A stretch of DNA of 64,000 nt from Acidobacteriota bacterium (GCA_018000455.1 JAGNJW010000024.1:13632-77631); one strand, 5' to 3'; counted from the stretch's first letter, positions 30,250 through 40,112 are shown. The notes: generated from the letters alone by a model not told the origin. A program made the numbers and translations.

Positions 30250-31932
30250 CTACTGCGTGTCGGCGCTGCGCGACGAGTGGATCTGCAGGCGGTCGCCGAT
30301 CGAGAGCGCCGAGCCCTTGAGCCGGTTCCAGGCGCGCAGGTTCTCGATCGACACACCGTGACGGCGCGCGATCGAAAACAAGGTGTCGCCCTTTCGCACC
30401 CGGTAGACGGTGCGGGTGGCCTCCGGCTCGCGCGTCGTGGTCTCTGCCGCCGCCAGCCGACTGGAGGCGGCACCGCCCGACAAGCGGCCGGCCAGTAGCG
30501 CCGCCGAGGGGGCACGCGGCACGACGAGGCGTTGTCCGGGCTGCACGCGGGCGCTGCGCGTGAGGTAGTTCGCCTCCGCCAAGTCCACGCGCGACACGCC
30601 CAGACGGCGGGCGATTGTGGCCAGCGACTCGCCCTTGCGGACGGTGTGCCACTGGAGCGCAGAGTGCTCGGGCAGCGCGCCGCTGTAGCCGTCGAGCACC
30701 GCCCTCATGGTGCCAATCGGCACGCGGAGCTCGTACTCGCGCGCCCGCACGGGCGTCGTCCAGCGCCGTAGTTCCGGGTTGAGCGCGCGGACGTCGTCGG
30801 CGGAGACGCCGGCCCATTCCGCCACCCGTCTCAGATCCACCGGTCCAGTGACGGTCAGCACATCGGGGGCAAAGGGCAGGGCCGCCGGGACGTCGAAGCC
30901 GTACTGTGCGGGATTGCGCGCGATGATGGCGGCCGCCAGGATCATCGGCACGTAGTCGCGCGTCTCGCGCGGCAGGTGCTTGGACGACGCGGTCAGCGAC
31001 CAGAAGTCATCGATGCCCGAACGCGTCATGGCCCGTTGCACGCGCCCTGGCCCGCCGTTGTACGAGGCCAGCGCGAGATGCCAGTCGCCGAACATCTTGT
31101 AGAGGGTCTTGAGATATTTCGCCGCCGCCCGCGTCGACTTCTCGGGATCGGCGCGTTCGTCGATGTACCAGTCGTGCTTGAGGCCATTCTCGGTGCCGGT
31201 GCCGCGCATGAACTGCCACACGCCGCGGGCGCTGGCGCGCGACACGGCCGTCGGCTTGAACGCGCTCTCGACCAGCGGCACGAACCCCAGATCGAGCGGC
31301 AGGCCCTCCTCGCGGAAGACCATGTGGATCATCGGCAGGTAGGGCGCGCCGCGGGTGAGCCCTTCGGTGAGGAAGCCGCGAAGGCGGCCCTGGAAGAGCT
31401 CGACGAAGCGCAGCACGCGGTCGTTGAGCGGGATCGGGATGTCGTGTGCCGTGACGGCCAGGTCGGCCTCGACCGCGGTGGCCACGTCGGGCGCCGGCAT
31501 CGCGTCGGCCTCGGCCGACGGCAGCGACAGCAGCGTGTCGATCGACGCGGGTTCCGAGCCGGTTTCCGTGAAGCCGTCGCCGCTCGAGAGCGTGGCCAGT
31601 TCGAGCGCGCTGATGCGGTCGGTCAGCGAGTCGACCGCCACTGACAGGCGCGGGTCGGAACGCCCGCCGCCGGGCATCACGAGCAGCGTATCGAGCGCCA
31701 AATCGAAGGCCAGGCGGGCGTCGCTGAGGTGGCCCTGCTGACTGGCGGCCCGACCGGCCTCGAAGGCTCCTTCGGCGGCAGCGATGGCTCGTTCCACAGG
31801 ATCGACTGGCGGAGCGGACGTGGCCGCGATCGCAGCGGGTGCCCGCACGGGGGCCGTCGCGACCGCGGCCGGCGTGCGGGCCGCGCAGGCGGTGGCCCCA
31901 ACGAGTAGAAAAAATAGTCCGACTAGTCGCAT
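30250..31932 (-). CDS. MltD-like lytic transglycosylase (SLT domain) with C-terminal LysM repeats
   Basis: Signal/lipoprotein-like N-terminus from ATG 31932 (MRLVGLFFLLVGATAC). SLT catalytic region PLVESAFKPTAVSRASARGVWQFM...AAYNGG-like (ASYNGGPG). Two clear LysM repeats (HTVRKGESLATIARRLGV...; YRVRKGDTLFSIARRHGV...). Confidence 0.85.
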   Translation of the reverse strand: MRLVGLFFLLVGATACAARTPAAVATAPVRAPAAIAATSAPPVDPVERAIAAAEGAFEAGRAASQQGHLSDARLAFDLALDTLLVMPGGGRSDPRLSVAVDSLTDRISALELATLSSGDGFTETGSEPASIDTLLSLPSAEADAMPAPDVATAVEADLAVTAHDIPIPLNDRVLRFVELFQGRLRGFLTEGLTRGAPYLPMIHMVFREEGLPLDLGFVPLVESAFKPTAVSRASARGVWQFMRGTGTENGLKHDWYIDERADPEKSTRAAAKYLKTLYKMFGDWHLALASYNGGPGRVQRAMTRSGIDDFWSLTASSKHLPRETRDYVPMILAAAIIARNPAQYGFDVPAALPFAPDVLTVTGPVDLRRVAEWAGVSADDVRALNPELRRWTTPVRAREYELRVPIGTMRAVLDGYSGALPEHSALQWHTVRKGESLATIARRLGVSRVDLAEANYLTRSARVQPGQRLVVPRAPSAALLAGRLSGGAASSRLAAAETTTREPEATRTVYRVRKGDTLFSIARRHGVSIENLRAWNRLKGSALSIGDRLQIHSSRSADTQ

Positions 31933-32029
31933 GCCGTCCGAAGGGTCAGACGCTAACACGCCAGGCGCACCCGGTCAAACCGTGCCGTAGTGCGCCTGGA
32001 GGAGCGTCGAGCCGTCGTTGCGAGGCCCG

Positions 32030-33790
32030 TCAGCGGGGCGTGCCGTCGACCCACACCAGGGTGTCACCGGCGATGTCGCGAGCAGCGGGCGTCACGATCG
32101 TCCGCGGTCCGACCAGCAACTGCCGTCCCTCACGCGCCGCCCGGCGCACGTCGTCCTCGCAGATGAAGTCGGCCACCGGGCCCGACGCGCCGGTGGCCGC
32201 GGCCGCCGGCGCCGGCGGCGGGGCACCACGCGCGGCCAGCGCGCGGTCGATTCCGGCGCGGACCTCGTCGGCGGGCACCAGGTCGGTGGCCGGCGGCTGG
32301 GGGGCGCGCGGAAGGGGTGGCGCGGCAACGCCCTGTGGCCCTGTGAGCGGGCCGACACCGGCCGGCGACGCGGCCCGTGCTCCTCTTGCGGCCCGGGGCC
32401 GGAGTTCGTAGGCCAAACGCTTGATGTTGAGGAGGTGGCGCGGCGTGATGTTATCGGAGGTGATATTGCCGCCGTGGCCGCCGCAGCCAAGCGTCATCGC
32501 TGGGTCGAGTCCGGTCGTCAGGCCGATCGAACCGTGGGTGGTCGACGTGTTGACGCAGATACGGAAGGCCGGCTTGTGGAGACCGAACTCCAGGATCACC
32601 TGCTCGTTGCGCGAGTGGATGGACATCGTGTGGCCCAGCCCGCCGTATTGCAGAATCTGCTTGGCGCGCGTGCAGCCCTCGCGCCAGTCGGCCACTTCGT
32701 AGTACGAGAGTACTGGGCACAGTTTCTCAATCGAGAGCGGATGGTCGCGTCCGACGCCTTCGAGCGGCACGATGAGGGCCCGGGTCGTGGCCGGTACCGT
32801 CGCGCTGATGGTCGCCGCGATATGGACCGCCGATTTGCCGACCAGCGCCGGATTGGGCAGGCGCTGGGGCGTCACCAGCGCGGCTTCGAGTCTGGCAGCC
32901 TCAGCCGCCGTGAGAAAGCATCCGCCGCCGCTCTCGAGCGCAGCTCTGAGCGAGGGCGCAACAGCGCGGTCGACGACGATCGAATTCGGCGATGAGCAGA
33001 GCACGCCGTTGTCGAAGGCCTTGCCGGCCAGGATATCGTCGGCGGCCTTGCCGATGTCCGCCGAGGCCTCCACATAGCACGGGGCGTTGCCCGGGCCCAC
33101 GCCGTAGGCCGGCTTGCCAGCCGAGTACGCGGCACGGACGAGTCCCAACCCGCCGGTGGCGAGAATGACGGCGACGTCGCGTGTCCGCATCAACTCCTGC
33201 GTGCCGTGCAGCGTCGCGGTCGTCAGCCAGCCGATCGTGCCAGCCGGCAGGCCCGCCGCGCGCGCCGCGTCGTTCATGAGCGTGGCGGTGCGCGTGATGG
33301 CGCCGGCGGCCGCGGGATGCGGGCTGAGCACCACGCCGCACCGCGCCTTGATGCTGATGAGCAGCTTGTAGATGGCCGTGGAGGTCGGGTTGGTCGAGGG
33401 CACGATGGCGGCCACGACACCGAAGGGCTCGGCGATCTCGACAATCCGACGGTCGGCGTGCCGGGCCACGACACCCACCGTTCTCATCGGCCGGATGAAG
33501 GCGTGCACGTCGCGGGCGGCGAACAGGTTCTTTTCGACCTTGTCGGCGACGACACCATAGCCGGTTTCCTCGACGGCCAGGCGGGCGAGCGGTTCGGCGT
33601 GCGCCTCGGCCGCCTCGGCCATTCGCGCGACGATCGTGTCGATCGTCTCCTGGGAGAACTCCGCCAGGATCCGTTGGGCCCCGCGGGCCGTCTTCGCGAG
33701 TGCCCGCGCCTCGGCCGCGGACGCGACATCGCGCTCTGTCAAGGTCTTCGGGCTGGCAGGCGCCGTGGCGCCGGGGCCGGAGATCGCCAC
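32030..33790 (-). CDS. CoA-acylating aldehyde dehydrogenase (PduP/EutE/AdhE-N family) with a roughly 120 aa C-terminal extension
   Basis: The ALDH fold has the catalytic Cys context KAFDNGVLCSSPNSIVVD and ends in GGNITSDNITPRHLLNIKRLAYE, as in AdhE-type ALDHs. Pro/Ala-rich linkers follow, flanking ADEVRAGIDRALAARG, and the protein ends in a module VADFICEDDVRRAAREGRQLLVGPRTIVTPAARDIAGD. Confidence 0.85.
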   Translation of the reverse strand: MAISGPGATAPASPKTLTERDVASAAEARALAKTARGAQRILAEFSQETIDTIVARMAEAAEAHAEPLARLAVEETGYGVVADKVEKNLFAARDVHAFIRPMRTVGVVARHADRRIVEIAEPFGVVAAIVPSTNPTSTAIYKLLISIKARCGVVLSPHPAAAGAITRTATLMNDAARAAGLPAGTIGWLTTATLHGTQELMRTRDVAVILATGGLGLVRAAYSAGKPAYGVGPGNAPCYVEASADIGKAADDILAGKAFDNGVLCSSPNSIVVDRAVAPSLRAALESGGGCFLTAAEAARLEAALVTPQRLPNPALVGKSAVHIAATISATVPATTRALIVPLEGVGRDHPLSIEKLCPVLSYYEVADWREGCTRAKQILQYGGLGHTMSIHSRNEQVILEFGLHKPAFRICVNTSTTHGSIGLTTGLDPAMTLGCGGHGGNITSDNITPRHLLNIKRLAYELRPRAARGARAASPAGVGPLTGPQGVAAPPLPRAPQPPATDLVPADEVRAGIDRALAARGAPPPAPAAAATGASGPVADFICEDDVRRAAREGRQLLVGPRTIVTPAARDIAGDTLVWVDGTPR

Positions 33791-33796
33791 GGGCGG

Positions 33797-34078
33797 CTAT
33801 CCCTTCGGAAGGATCTTCTCGACGTCGGCGTGGGGGCGTGGGATGACGTGCACCGCCACCAGTTCTCCGACACGCCGGGCGGCGGCGGCGCCGGCATCCG
33901 TCGCCGCCTTGACGGCGCCAACGTCCCCTCGCACGAGCACGGTGACGTAGGCAGCGCCAATGTATTCGGTTCCGACGAGCACGACGTTTGCGGCCTTGAC
34001 CATGGCATCGGCGGCTTCCACCGAGCCGATGAAGCCACGCGTCTCGACCATGCCCAGGGCGTCGTGTGCGGTATCCAT
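33797..34078 (-). CDS. Bacterial microcompartment shell protein, BMC-H (PduA/EutM/CcmK type, Pfam00936-like)
   Basis: [57 protein letters not shown]...[21 protein letters not shown] aligns nearly residue for residue with the canonical PduA/EutM pattern. The ATG at 34078 gives a 93-aa protein. Confidence 0.9.
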   Translation of the reverse strand: MDTAHDALGMVETRGFIGSVEAADAMVKAANVVLVGTEYIGAAYVTVLVRGDVGAVKAATDAGAAAARRVGELVAVHVIPRPHADVEKILPKG

Positions 34079-34166
34079 GCAGGGGTCAACGGCGAACGTC
34101 GTGCCGCGCGGCACTGTACCACAATCGTCTTCCGCGCGGTGGCGCCGACTGGCGGGAGGCGCTATC

Positions 34167-35078
34167 ATGTTGCTTCACAAGGCTATGTACAACTTCTCAC
34201 CCATCCCTACGTGCCTCGCCGTCGTGCTGGCAGGGGCGCTCGCGGCCGCCGGCTGCGGCGGCCAGCAAGACACCGCACCCGCGCAGGGCTCGATCGCCGT
34301 GCAGCTGTCGCGGTCGCGCATCGCCCTCGGCAGCCCGGTCGAGGTCACCTACCGCTTCACCGTCGCGGCCGATGCCCAGCCGCTCGGCGTCCGCAAGGCG
34401 TTTGTCCACTTCCTGGATGCCGATGGCGAGCAGATGTGGACCGACGACCACGATCCGCCGGTTGCGACTGCGACGTGGAAGCCCGGCCAGACCGTCGAGT
34501 ACACGCGCACGGTCTTCGCGCCGGTGTATCCCTACGTGGGCCCGGCGAAGGTCGTCGCCGGGCTCTACGACGCCGGCTCGGGTGAGCGCACGAAGCTCTC
34601 GGGTAGCGACGCTGGCGGCCGCGCCTACGACGTGGCGCAGTTCGAACTCCTGCCCCAGACCGAGAACGTCTTCCTCATCTTCAAGGACGGCTGGCACGCC
34701 GTGGAGTCGGCGGCCGATAACTCCATGGTGGAGTGGCAGTGGACCAAGAAGGAAGCGACGCTGGCGTTCCGCAATCCCCGCCGCGATTCGACGCTGTACT
34801 TCCAAGCCGACAACCCCGGGCGGGCGGCGACGGCCGCCACCCAGGTCGAGATTCGGCTCGGCGATCAGGTGCTCGAGACGGTCAAGCTCGTCGCTGACGG
34901 CCCGGTGCACAAGATTGCGCTCCCCGCTGCCGTTCTGGGCGCCGACGACATGCTGGAGCTGAGGCTGGTCGTCGACCAGACTTTCGTCCCGGCCCTCGAA
35001 CCAGGGGCGGCGTCCAATGATCCGCGGGAACTCGGCGCGCGCGTGTTCCACGCCTTCGTCCAGCCGCAGGGGTCGTAA
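34167..35078 (+). CDS. Hypothetical lipoprotein, first gene of the secretion operon
   Basis: Lipobox LAAAGC after a hydrophobic segment, with a beta-rich remainder and no recognisable catalytic motif. Starts at ATG 34167 (or 34185) and ends 12 nt before gspF. Confidence 0.6.
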   Translation: MLLHKAMYNFSPIPTCLAVVLAGALAAAGCGGQQDTAPAQGSIAVQLSRSRIALGSPVEVTYRFTVAADAQPLGVRKAFVHFLDADGEQMWTDDHDPPVATATWKPGQTVEYTRTVFAPVYPYVGPAKVVAGLYDAGSGERTKLSGSDAGGRAYDVAQFELLPQTENVFLIFKDGWHAVESAADNSMVEWQWTKKEATLAFRNPRRDSTLYFQADNPGRAATAATQVEIRLGDQVLETVKLVADGPVHKIALPAAVLGADDMLELRLVVDQTFVPALEPGAASNDPRELGARVFHAFVQPQGS

Positions 35079-35090
35079 CGGCAAGAGGTC

Positions 35091-36293
35091 ATGGAGTTTC
35101 GCTGCAGGCTCGGCACCGCGGCAGGGCAGGTCATCGAGGGCGTCTACATGGCCCCGAGTGAGGCTCACCTGCGCCGCGAGCTGGAAGACAAGGGCCTCCA
35201 CGTTCTGTCGCTGGCGCCGCGCGGCGGCGTCCAGGGGCTGTCGATCGGCCGCCGCAGGATCCGGCGCGACGAGTTCCTCATCTTCAACCAGGAACTTGCC
35301 ACGCTGCTCAAGGCCGGCATGCCGCTCGTGCAGTCGCTCGACATCCTGCGGCAGCGGTTGACCAACCCCGTGTTCAAGGCGGTGCTCGACGACGTGCACG
35401 AGAAGGTGCGGGGCGGCACCGCGCTCTCGGACGCCTTCACCGCCCACGCCGACCTGTTTCCCGGCGTCTACACGGCGTCGCTCGTCGCCGGCGAGCGCAG
35501 CGGCTCGCTCGATACCGTGCTGCGCCGGTTCGTGACCTACTCGAAGGTCATCGACACGGTGCGCAAGAAGACCCTCTCGGCGATGTTGTATCCGGCGATT
35601 CTCACCGTGCTGGCCGTGGTGCTCGTGGGCATCATCGTGGTGAAGGTGGTGCCGGCCTTCTCGGGCTTCTACGAGAGCTTCGATCAGGAACTGCCCCTCA
35701 TCACCCGCATCATCGTGGCGGTGTCGGACGCGGTGCGGGCCAACCTCCTGCTGCTGGCGGTGCTCGCCGTCGCCGGCGGCGCCGCCTTCGCGACCTGGGT
35801 GAAGCGTCCAGGGCAGCGCGCCCGCTTCGATCGGCTGCTGCTGCGCCTGCCGGTGGTTGGCGCCATCGCCCACAAGTTCGCCACTTCGCAGATCGCCCGC
35901 ACGCTGGCGGCGCTGGTTGGTGGCGGCATTCCGCTCGTCAATGCCCTCGATACGGCCTCGACGTCGACCGGCAACCGCCATCTCGGCAACGAACTGCGGG
36001 TCGTCGCCGAGCGCGTGCGAGAAGGGCGCGGCTTCGCCGCGACGCTGCTCGAGCGGCGCGTGATGCCTGACGTCGCCATCAAGATGATCGAAGTGGGCGA
36101 GTCGACCGGCGCGTTGCAAGAAATGCTGACGTCTCTGGCCGACTTCTACGACGAGGATGTCGAGACGGAGGTGGGCCGGTTCGTGACCCTGGTCGAGCCG
36201 GTGATGCTCGTCTTCATGGGCGTCGTCATCGCCGGCGTCGTGCTGGCGCTCTACATGCCGCTCTTCCAGTTGTCGACCGTGGTCGGTCGCTAG
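35091..36293 (+). CDS. gspF: Type II secretion / type IV pilus platform protein (GspF/PilC family)
   Basis: 400 aa. Two T2SSF repeats (FNQELATLLKAGMPLVQSLDIL...; FATSQIARTLAALVGGGIPLVNAL...) and three TM segments. Confidence 0.9.
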   Translation: MEFRCRLGTAAGQVIEGVYMAPSEAHLRRELEDKGLHVLSLAPRGGVQGLSIGRRRIRRDEFLIFNQELATLLKAGMPLVQSLDILRQRLTNPVFKAVLDDVHEKVRGGTALSDAFTAHADLFPGVYTASLVAGERSGSLDTVLRRFVTYSKVIDTVRKKTLSAMLYPAILTVLAVVLVGIIVVKVVPAFSGFYESFDQELPLITRIIVAVSDAVRANLLLLAVLAVAGGAAFATWVKRPGQRARFDRLLLRLPVVGAIAHKFATSQIARTLAALVGGGIPLVNALDTASTSTGNRHLGNELRVVAERVREGRGFAATLLERRVMPDVAIKMIEVGESTGALQEMLTSLADFYDEDVETEVGRFVTLVEPVMLVFMGVVIAGVVLALYMPLFQLSTVVGR

Positions 36294-36305
36294 GATCCTC
36301 ACCCG

Positions 36306-37958
36306 ATGGCCATCGCCGAGCCCGACGACGCATTCGAGTCCGAGATCGCCCACGAGTTCGTGCCCGTGGCGCCGGTCGATGCCGGAGCGACCGAGGAGGC
36401 CGACGCCCGCCGCCTCGCTGACCGCTACCGGGTCGAGTTCCTCGACATGGGGCTGTTCCGGATCGACCAGGAGCTGTTCCGCGGCATCCCGGCGGAGTTG
36501 ATGCTGCGCTACGGTTTCGTGCCGTTCAAGCGCGACGGCCGGACGCTGGTGGTCGTGGTGTCCGATCCGACCGACCTGCAGATGATCGACGAACTGGCGG
36601 TGCTGCTCGGCACCCCGGTGCGCGTGATGGTCGGCGCGCGGTCGGCCATCGAGAGCATCCTCAAGAAGAGTGAGAACTCGCAGCGCGTGCTCGACGACGC
36701 GACCGAAGATTTCATCCAGGTGCTCAAGGACGAGGACTCGAGCGAAGACCTCACGGTCGAGCGCCTGACGAGCGACCACAGTCCGATCATCCGCATGGTC
36801 GATGCGATGGTGTTCACCGCCATCCAGCGGCGAGCCAGCGACATCCATATCGAGACGCAGGATGACGCCGTGGTCGTCAAGTACCGTATCGACGGCGTGC
36901 TCCAGCCGGCCAGCCGGCCGATCGCCAAAGCCTCGCACAGCGCCATCATCTCGCGCATCAAGGTCATGGCCGAGCTCGACATCGCCGAGAAGCGGGTGCC
37001 GCAGGACGGCCGCTTCCGGCTGCGCGTGCGCGGCAAGACCATCGACTTCCGCGTCTCGATCATGCCGAGTGCGCACGGCGAGGACGCGGTCATCCGTATT
37101 CTCGACAAGCAGTCGATCAGCGAGCAGTTCACCGAGCTGAAACTCGACATCCTCGGCTTCCCGGAGGTCGAGCTGCGGCGCTTCCGCAAGTACATCCGCG
37201 AGCCCTACGGCATGGTGCTCGTGACCGGCCCGACCGGCTCGGGCAAGACCACCACCCTCTACGGCGCGCTGGCCGAGATCAAGTCCGTCGAGGACAAGAT
37301 CATCACCATCGAGGATCCCGTCGAGTACCAGCTGAAGGGCATCACCCAGATTCCGATCAACGAGAAGAAGGGCCTGACCTTCGCGCGCGGCCTGCGTTCG
37401 ATCCTGCGCCACGATCCCGACAAGATCATGGTCGGCGAGATCCGTGACTCCGAGACGGCGCAGATCGCCATCCAGTCGGCGCTCACCGGGCATCTGGTCT
37501 TCACCACCGTTCACGCCAACAACGTGTTCGACGTGCTCGGCCGCTTCCTGAACATGGGCGTCGAGCCCTACCAGTTCATCTCGGCGCTCAACTGCGTGAT
37601 GGCGCAGCGCCTGGTGCGCAAGATCTGCGAGAAGTGCAAGCAGCCCGTCACGCTCACGCGCGAGCAGCTGGTCGAGTCGGCGATGGATCCCGGCCTGGCC
37701 GAGACCCACACCTTCGCCGAGGGTGCCGGCTGCGTCGAGTGCGGCGGCACCGGCTACAAGGGACGCATGGCCATCTGCGAACTGCTCGACTTGACCGACC
37801 ACGTGCGCGAACTCATTCTCGAACGCCGGCCGATCTCGGAAGTGAAGCGGGCGGCCAAGGAGCAGGGGATGCGCTTCCTGCGCGAATCGGCCGTCGAACG
37901 CGTGATGCTCGGACTCACGACGCTGCGTGAGATCAACAAGGTGACGTTCGTCGAATGA
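36306..37958 (+). CDS. gspE: Type II secretion / type IV pilus assembly ATPase (GspE/PilB family)
   Basis: T2SSE_N domain, Walker A GPTGSGKTT, Asp box, Walker B IMVGEIRD, His box TGHLVFTTVHAN and a tetracysteine motif (CEKC...CVECGGTG). Confidence 0.93.
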   Translation: MAIAEPDDAFESEIAHEFVPVAPVDAGATEEADARRLADRYRVEFLDMGLFRIDQELFRGIPAELMLRYGFVPFKRDGRTLVVVVSDPTDLQMIDELAVLLGTPVRVMVGARSAIESILKKSENSQRVLDDATEDFIQVLKDEDSSEDLTVERLTSDHSPIIRMVDAMVFTAIQRRASDIHIETQDDAVVVKYRIDGVLQPASRPIAKASHSAIISRIKVMAELDIAEKRVPQDGRFRLRVRGKTIDFRVSIMPSAHGEDAVIRILDKQSISEQFTELKLDILGFPEVELRRFRKYIREPYGMVLVTGPTGSGKTTTLYGALAEIKSVEDKIITIEDPVEYQLKGITQIPINEKKGLTFARGLRSILRHDPDKIMVGEIRDSETAQIAIQSALTGHLVFTTVHANNVFDVLGRFLNMGVEPYQFISALNCVMAQRLVRKICEKCKQPVTLTREQLVESAMDPGLAETHTFAEGAGCVECGGTGYKGRMAICELLDLTDHVRELILERRPISEVKRAAKEQGMRFLRESAVERVMLGLTTLREINKVTFVE

Positions 37959-38902
37959 CGCTCCCGGCGTTCCTTCAGCAGGCCCCACCCACGGTCGCCG
38001 TCGACCTCGCGCCGGAGCGCGTGGCGGTCGTCCGGGTCGACCGTCGCGGCGCCACTGCCGCGATTGCCTCACACGGCGTCGAAGCCTTGCCGGCGGGGGC
38101 CATCACCGGCGCGCTCTCGGCCCCGAACATGGCCGACGTGTCGGTGGTTGCCGCGGCCATCAGCCGGGCCCTCGTCACCGCCGGCGCCCGCGCCACCCGG
38201 GTGTCGCTCGTCGTGCCCGACACAGTCGCGCGCGTGAGCCTGGTGCGCTTCGAGGCCCTGCCCGCCAAAGCCAGCGACTTCGACGAGTTGATTCGCTGGC
38301 AGGTGAAGAAGACGACGCCGTTCCCGCTCGACGAGGCCGTGGTCAGCTACACGCCGGGCCTCGCGGTGCCCGGCGCTCATGAGTTCATCGTCACCGTGGC
38401 GAGGCGTGATGTCGTCGGGCAGTACGAAGAGGCCTGCGACCTGGCGGGCGCGCACGCCGGCATCGTCGATCTGGCGACCTTCAACGTCGTGAACGCCGTG
38501 CTGGCTTCGGCCGGCCCGGTGGCCGGCGACTGGCTGCTCGTGCATGCCGCGCCGTCCTACGTCAGCCTCGCCGTGCTGCGTGATGGGCATCTCATCTTCT
38601 ACCGCACGCGCGGCGATGAGGCGGAAGGGTCGGTCGCCGACCTCGTGCATCAGACGGCGATGTACTACGTCGACCGCCTGAAGGGGCAGCGCTTCGGACG
38701 GGTGCTGCTGTCGGGCGGCTCGAGCGTCGCCGGCGCCGACCACCTGCGGCGCGAGTTGTCCGACCGGCTCGGGCTCGAGGTGGAGGCGGTCGACCCGTTC
38801 CACGCCGCGTCGCCGTCGGCGCGGCTCGGTGCGTCGCCGTCGTTGGCCGACGCACTGGCGCCGGGGATCGGCATCCTGCTCCGGGAAAAGGCGGCCTCGT
38901 GA
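37955..38902 (+). CDS. pilM: PilM-like actin-fold assembly protein (equivalent to the GspL cytoplasmic domain)
   Basis: 315 aa cytoplasmic protein with PilM-like blocks (VAVDLAPERVAVV..., VVPDTVARV, IVDLATFNVVNA, LLVHAAPSYVSLAVLRDGHLIFYRT, VLLSGGSS). Has a 4-bp overlap with gspE. Confidence 0.75.
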   Translation: MTLPAFLQQAPPTVAVDLAPERVAVVRVDRRGATAAIASHGVEALPAGAITGALSAPNMADVSVVAAAISRALVTAGARATRVSLVVPDTVARVSLVRFEALPAKASDFDELIRWQVKKTTPFPLDEAVVSYTPGLAVPGAHEFIVTVARRDVVGQYEEACDLAGAHAGIVDLATFNVVNAVLASAGPVAGDWLLVHAAPSYVSLAVLRDGHLIFYRTRGDEAEGSVADLVHQTAMYYVDRLKGQRFGRVLLSGGSSVAGADHLRRELSDRLGLEVEAVDPFHAASPSARLGASPSLADALAPGIGILLREKAAS

Positions 38903-39525
38903 TGCTGGCCGGCAATCTCGCGACGCGGCCCTTCTACAACGAGCGCCTCGTGCGCGGTGCGCTCATCGTCGCCCTGGCTGCGGTCGTGGCGTGGGCGGCG
39001 GTCAACGTCGCGACGCTGGTGAGCCTGTCGCAGCAGAGCGCGATGCTCGGCGATCGTGTTCGCAGCGAGGGTCTCAAGGCCGCGGGCGCCCGCAGCCAAG
39101 CCGAGACGGTGCGGAAGGGGCTGGATGTTGCGGAGCTGAAGGCCGTCGCGGGCGCGGCGGCCGAAGCCAACGCGCTCATTCAGCGGCGCACGTTCTCGTG
39201 GACGGGCCTCTTCAATCGCCTCGAAACGACGCTGCCGCCAGACGTGCGGCTGGTTGAGGTGCAGCCCCAGACCGACACCAACGGCCGCCTGATTCTCTCG
39301 CTCACCGTCGTCTCCCGGAGGATTGAGGATCTCGACGAATTCCTCCAGAGGCTCGAAGCCACCGGGGCGTTCAGCGGCCTTGTCTCCCGCTCGGACGAGG
39401 CGCTCGACGACGGCACGCTCGCCTCGACCCTGCAGGGCTATTACGCTCAGGAAGCCAAGCCGGCCGTGGCGGCGTCTGAACCTTCGAGCGCGTCAGCCCC
39501 GCGGACGCCGGAGGTCACCCGATGA
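38899..39525 (+). CDS. pilN: PilN-like bitopic assembly protein
   Basis: Conserved N-terminal NLATRPFYNER peptide (the PilM-binding type), a single TM, coiled coil and ferredoxin-like C-terminus. Overlaps the pilM stop. Confidence 0.7.
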   Translation: MMLAGNLATRPFYNERLVRGALIVALAAVVAWAAVNVATLVSLSQQSAMLGDRVRSEGLKAAGARSQAETVRKGLDVAELKAVAGAAAEANALIQRRTFSWTGLFNRLETTLPPDVRLVEVQPQTDTNGRLILSLTVVSRRIEDLDEFLQRLEATGAFSGLVSRSDEALDDGTLASTLQGYYAQEAKPAVAASEPSSASAPRTPEVTR

Positions 39526-40112
39526 GCGCCAGTCGCGGAGTACTGCTGCGGCGCGTGCTGCAGGAGCATCGCGCCTGGATCTGGCCGCTCGCGGTCGTGC
39601 TCGGCTTGAACACCCTGGCCATGGTGTTCGGCATCCTGCCGATGTCGCGGGCCGTGGCGGCGTCGGAAACGCGGGCGCTCGAGGCATCGGCCGATGCGGC
39701 GGCCGCCGGGGCGGAACTGGTCGCGGCGACCTCGGCGCGTGCCGGCCGTGATACCGCCACCCGCGAACTCGGCATCTTCCAGAAAGACATCCTGCCAGGC
39801 GGCGTGGCCGAGGCTCGGCGGCTGCTCCAGCTCAAGATCGCGCAGCTGGCCCGGGCGCACGACGTGACCTTCGCCCGCAGCATTGCCTCGCCCGAGACGA
39901 TTCGCGGCAGCCAGCTGGCACGCCTCCAGGCGAGCATCGAACTGGTGGGCCGCTACCCCGACGTGCGACAGTTCCTCTACGAACTGGAAACCTCGAACGA
40001 CTTCGTCATCGTCGACTCGATCGTGCTCGCCGAAGGTGAGGATGCGTCGTCGCCCTTGAATCTCACCCTCGTCATCTCGACCTACTTCAGGGCGGTGCCG
40101 GATGCCCCCTGA
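39522..40112 (+). CDS. pilO: PilO/GspM-like bitopic assembly protein
   Basis: Single TM (WIWPLAVVLGLNTLAMVFGILP), coiled coil, and a C-terminal LVGRYPDVRQFLYELETSNDFVIVDSIVL typical of PilO/GspM. ATGA overlap with pilN. Confidence 0.65.
   Translation: MSASRGVLLRRVLQEHRAWIWPLAVVLGLNTLAMVFGILPMSRAVAASETRALEASADAAAAGAELVAATSARAGRDTATRELGIFQKDILPGGVAEARRLLQLKIAQLARAHDVTFARSIASPETIRGSQLARLQASIELVGRYPDVRQFLYELETSNDFVIVDSIVLAEGEDASSPLNLTLVISTYFRAVPDAP

Noticed and set aside
34079-34166. Sigma-54 promoter (TGGCAC-N5-TTGC) in the divergent spacer before the secretion operon, and upstream of 13305, 43210 and 45416
   Set aside because: The closest strings (for example CTGGCGGGAGGCGCTA at about 34146) have the wrong spacing or -12 element. 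TGGCAC hits elsewhere (6151, 8337, 19511, 34691, 39913) lie inside genes or rnpB.
34197-38072. 1291-aa ORF on the minus strand spanning the lipoprotein, gspF and gspE genes
   Set aside because: It is antisense to three genes with strong family motifs. Its translation is Arg/Gly/Asp/His/Leu-rich with no recognisable domain. Long stop-free antisense frames are expected at this GC content.
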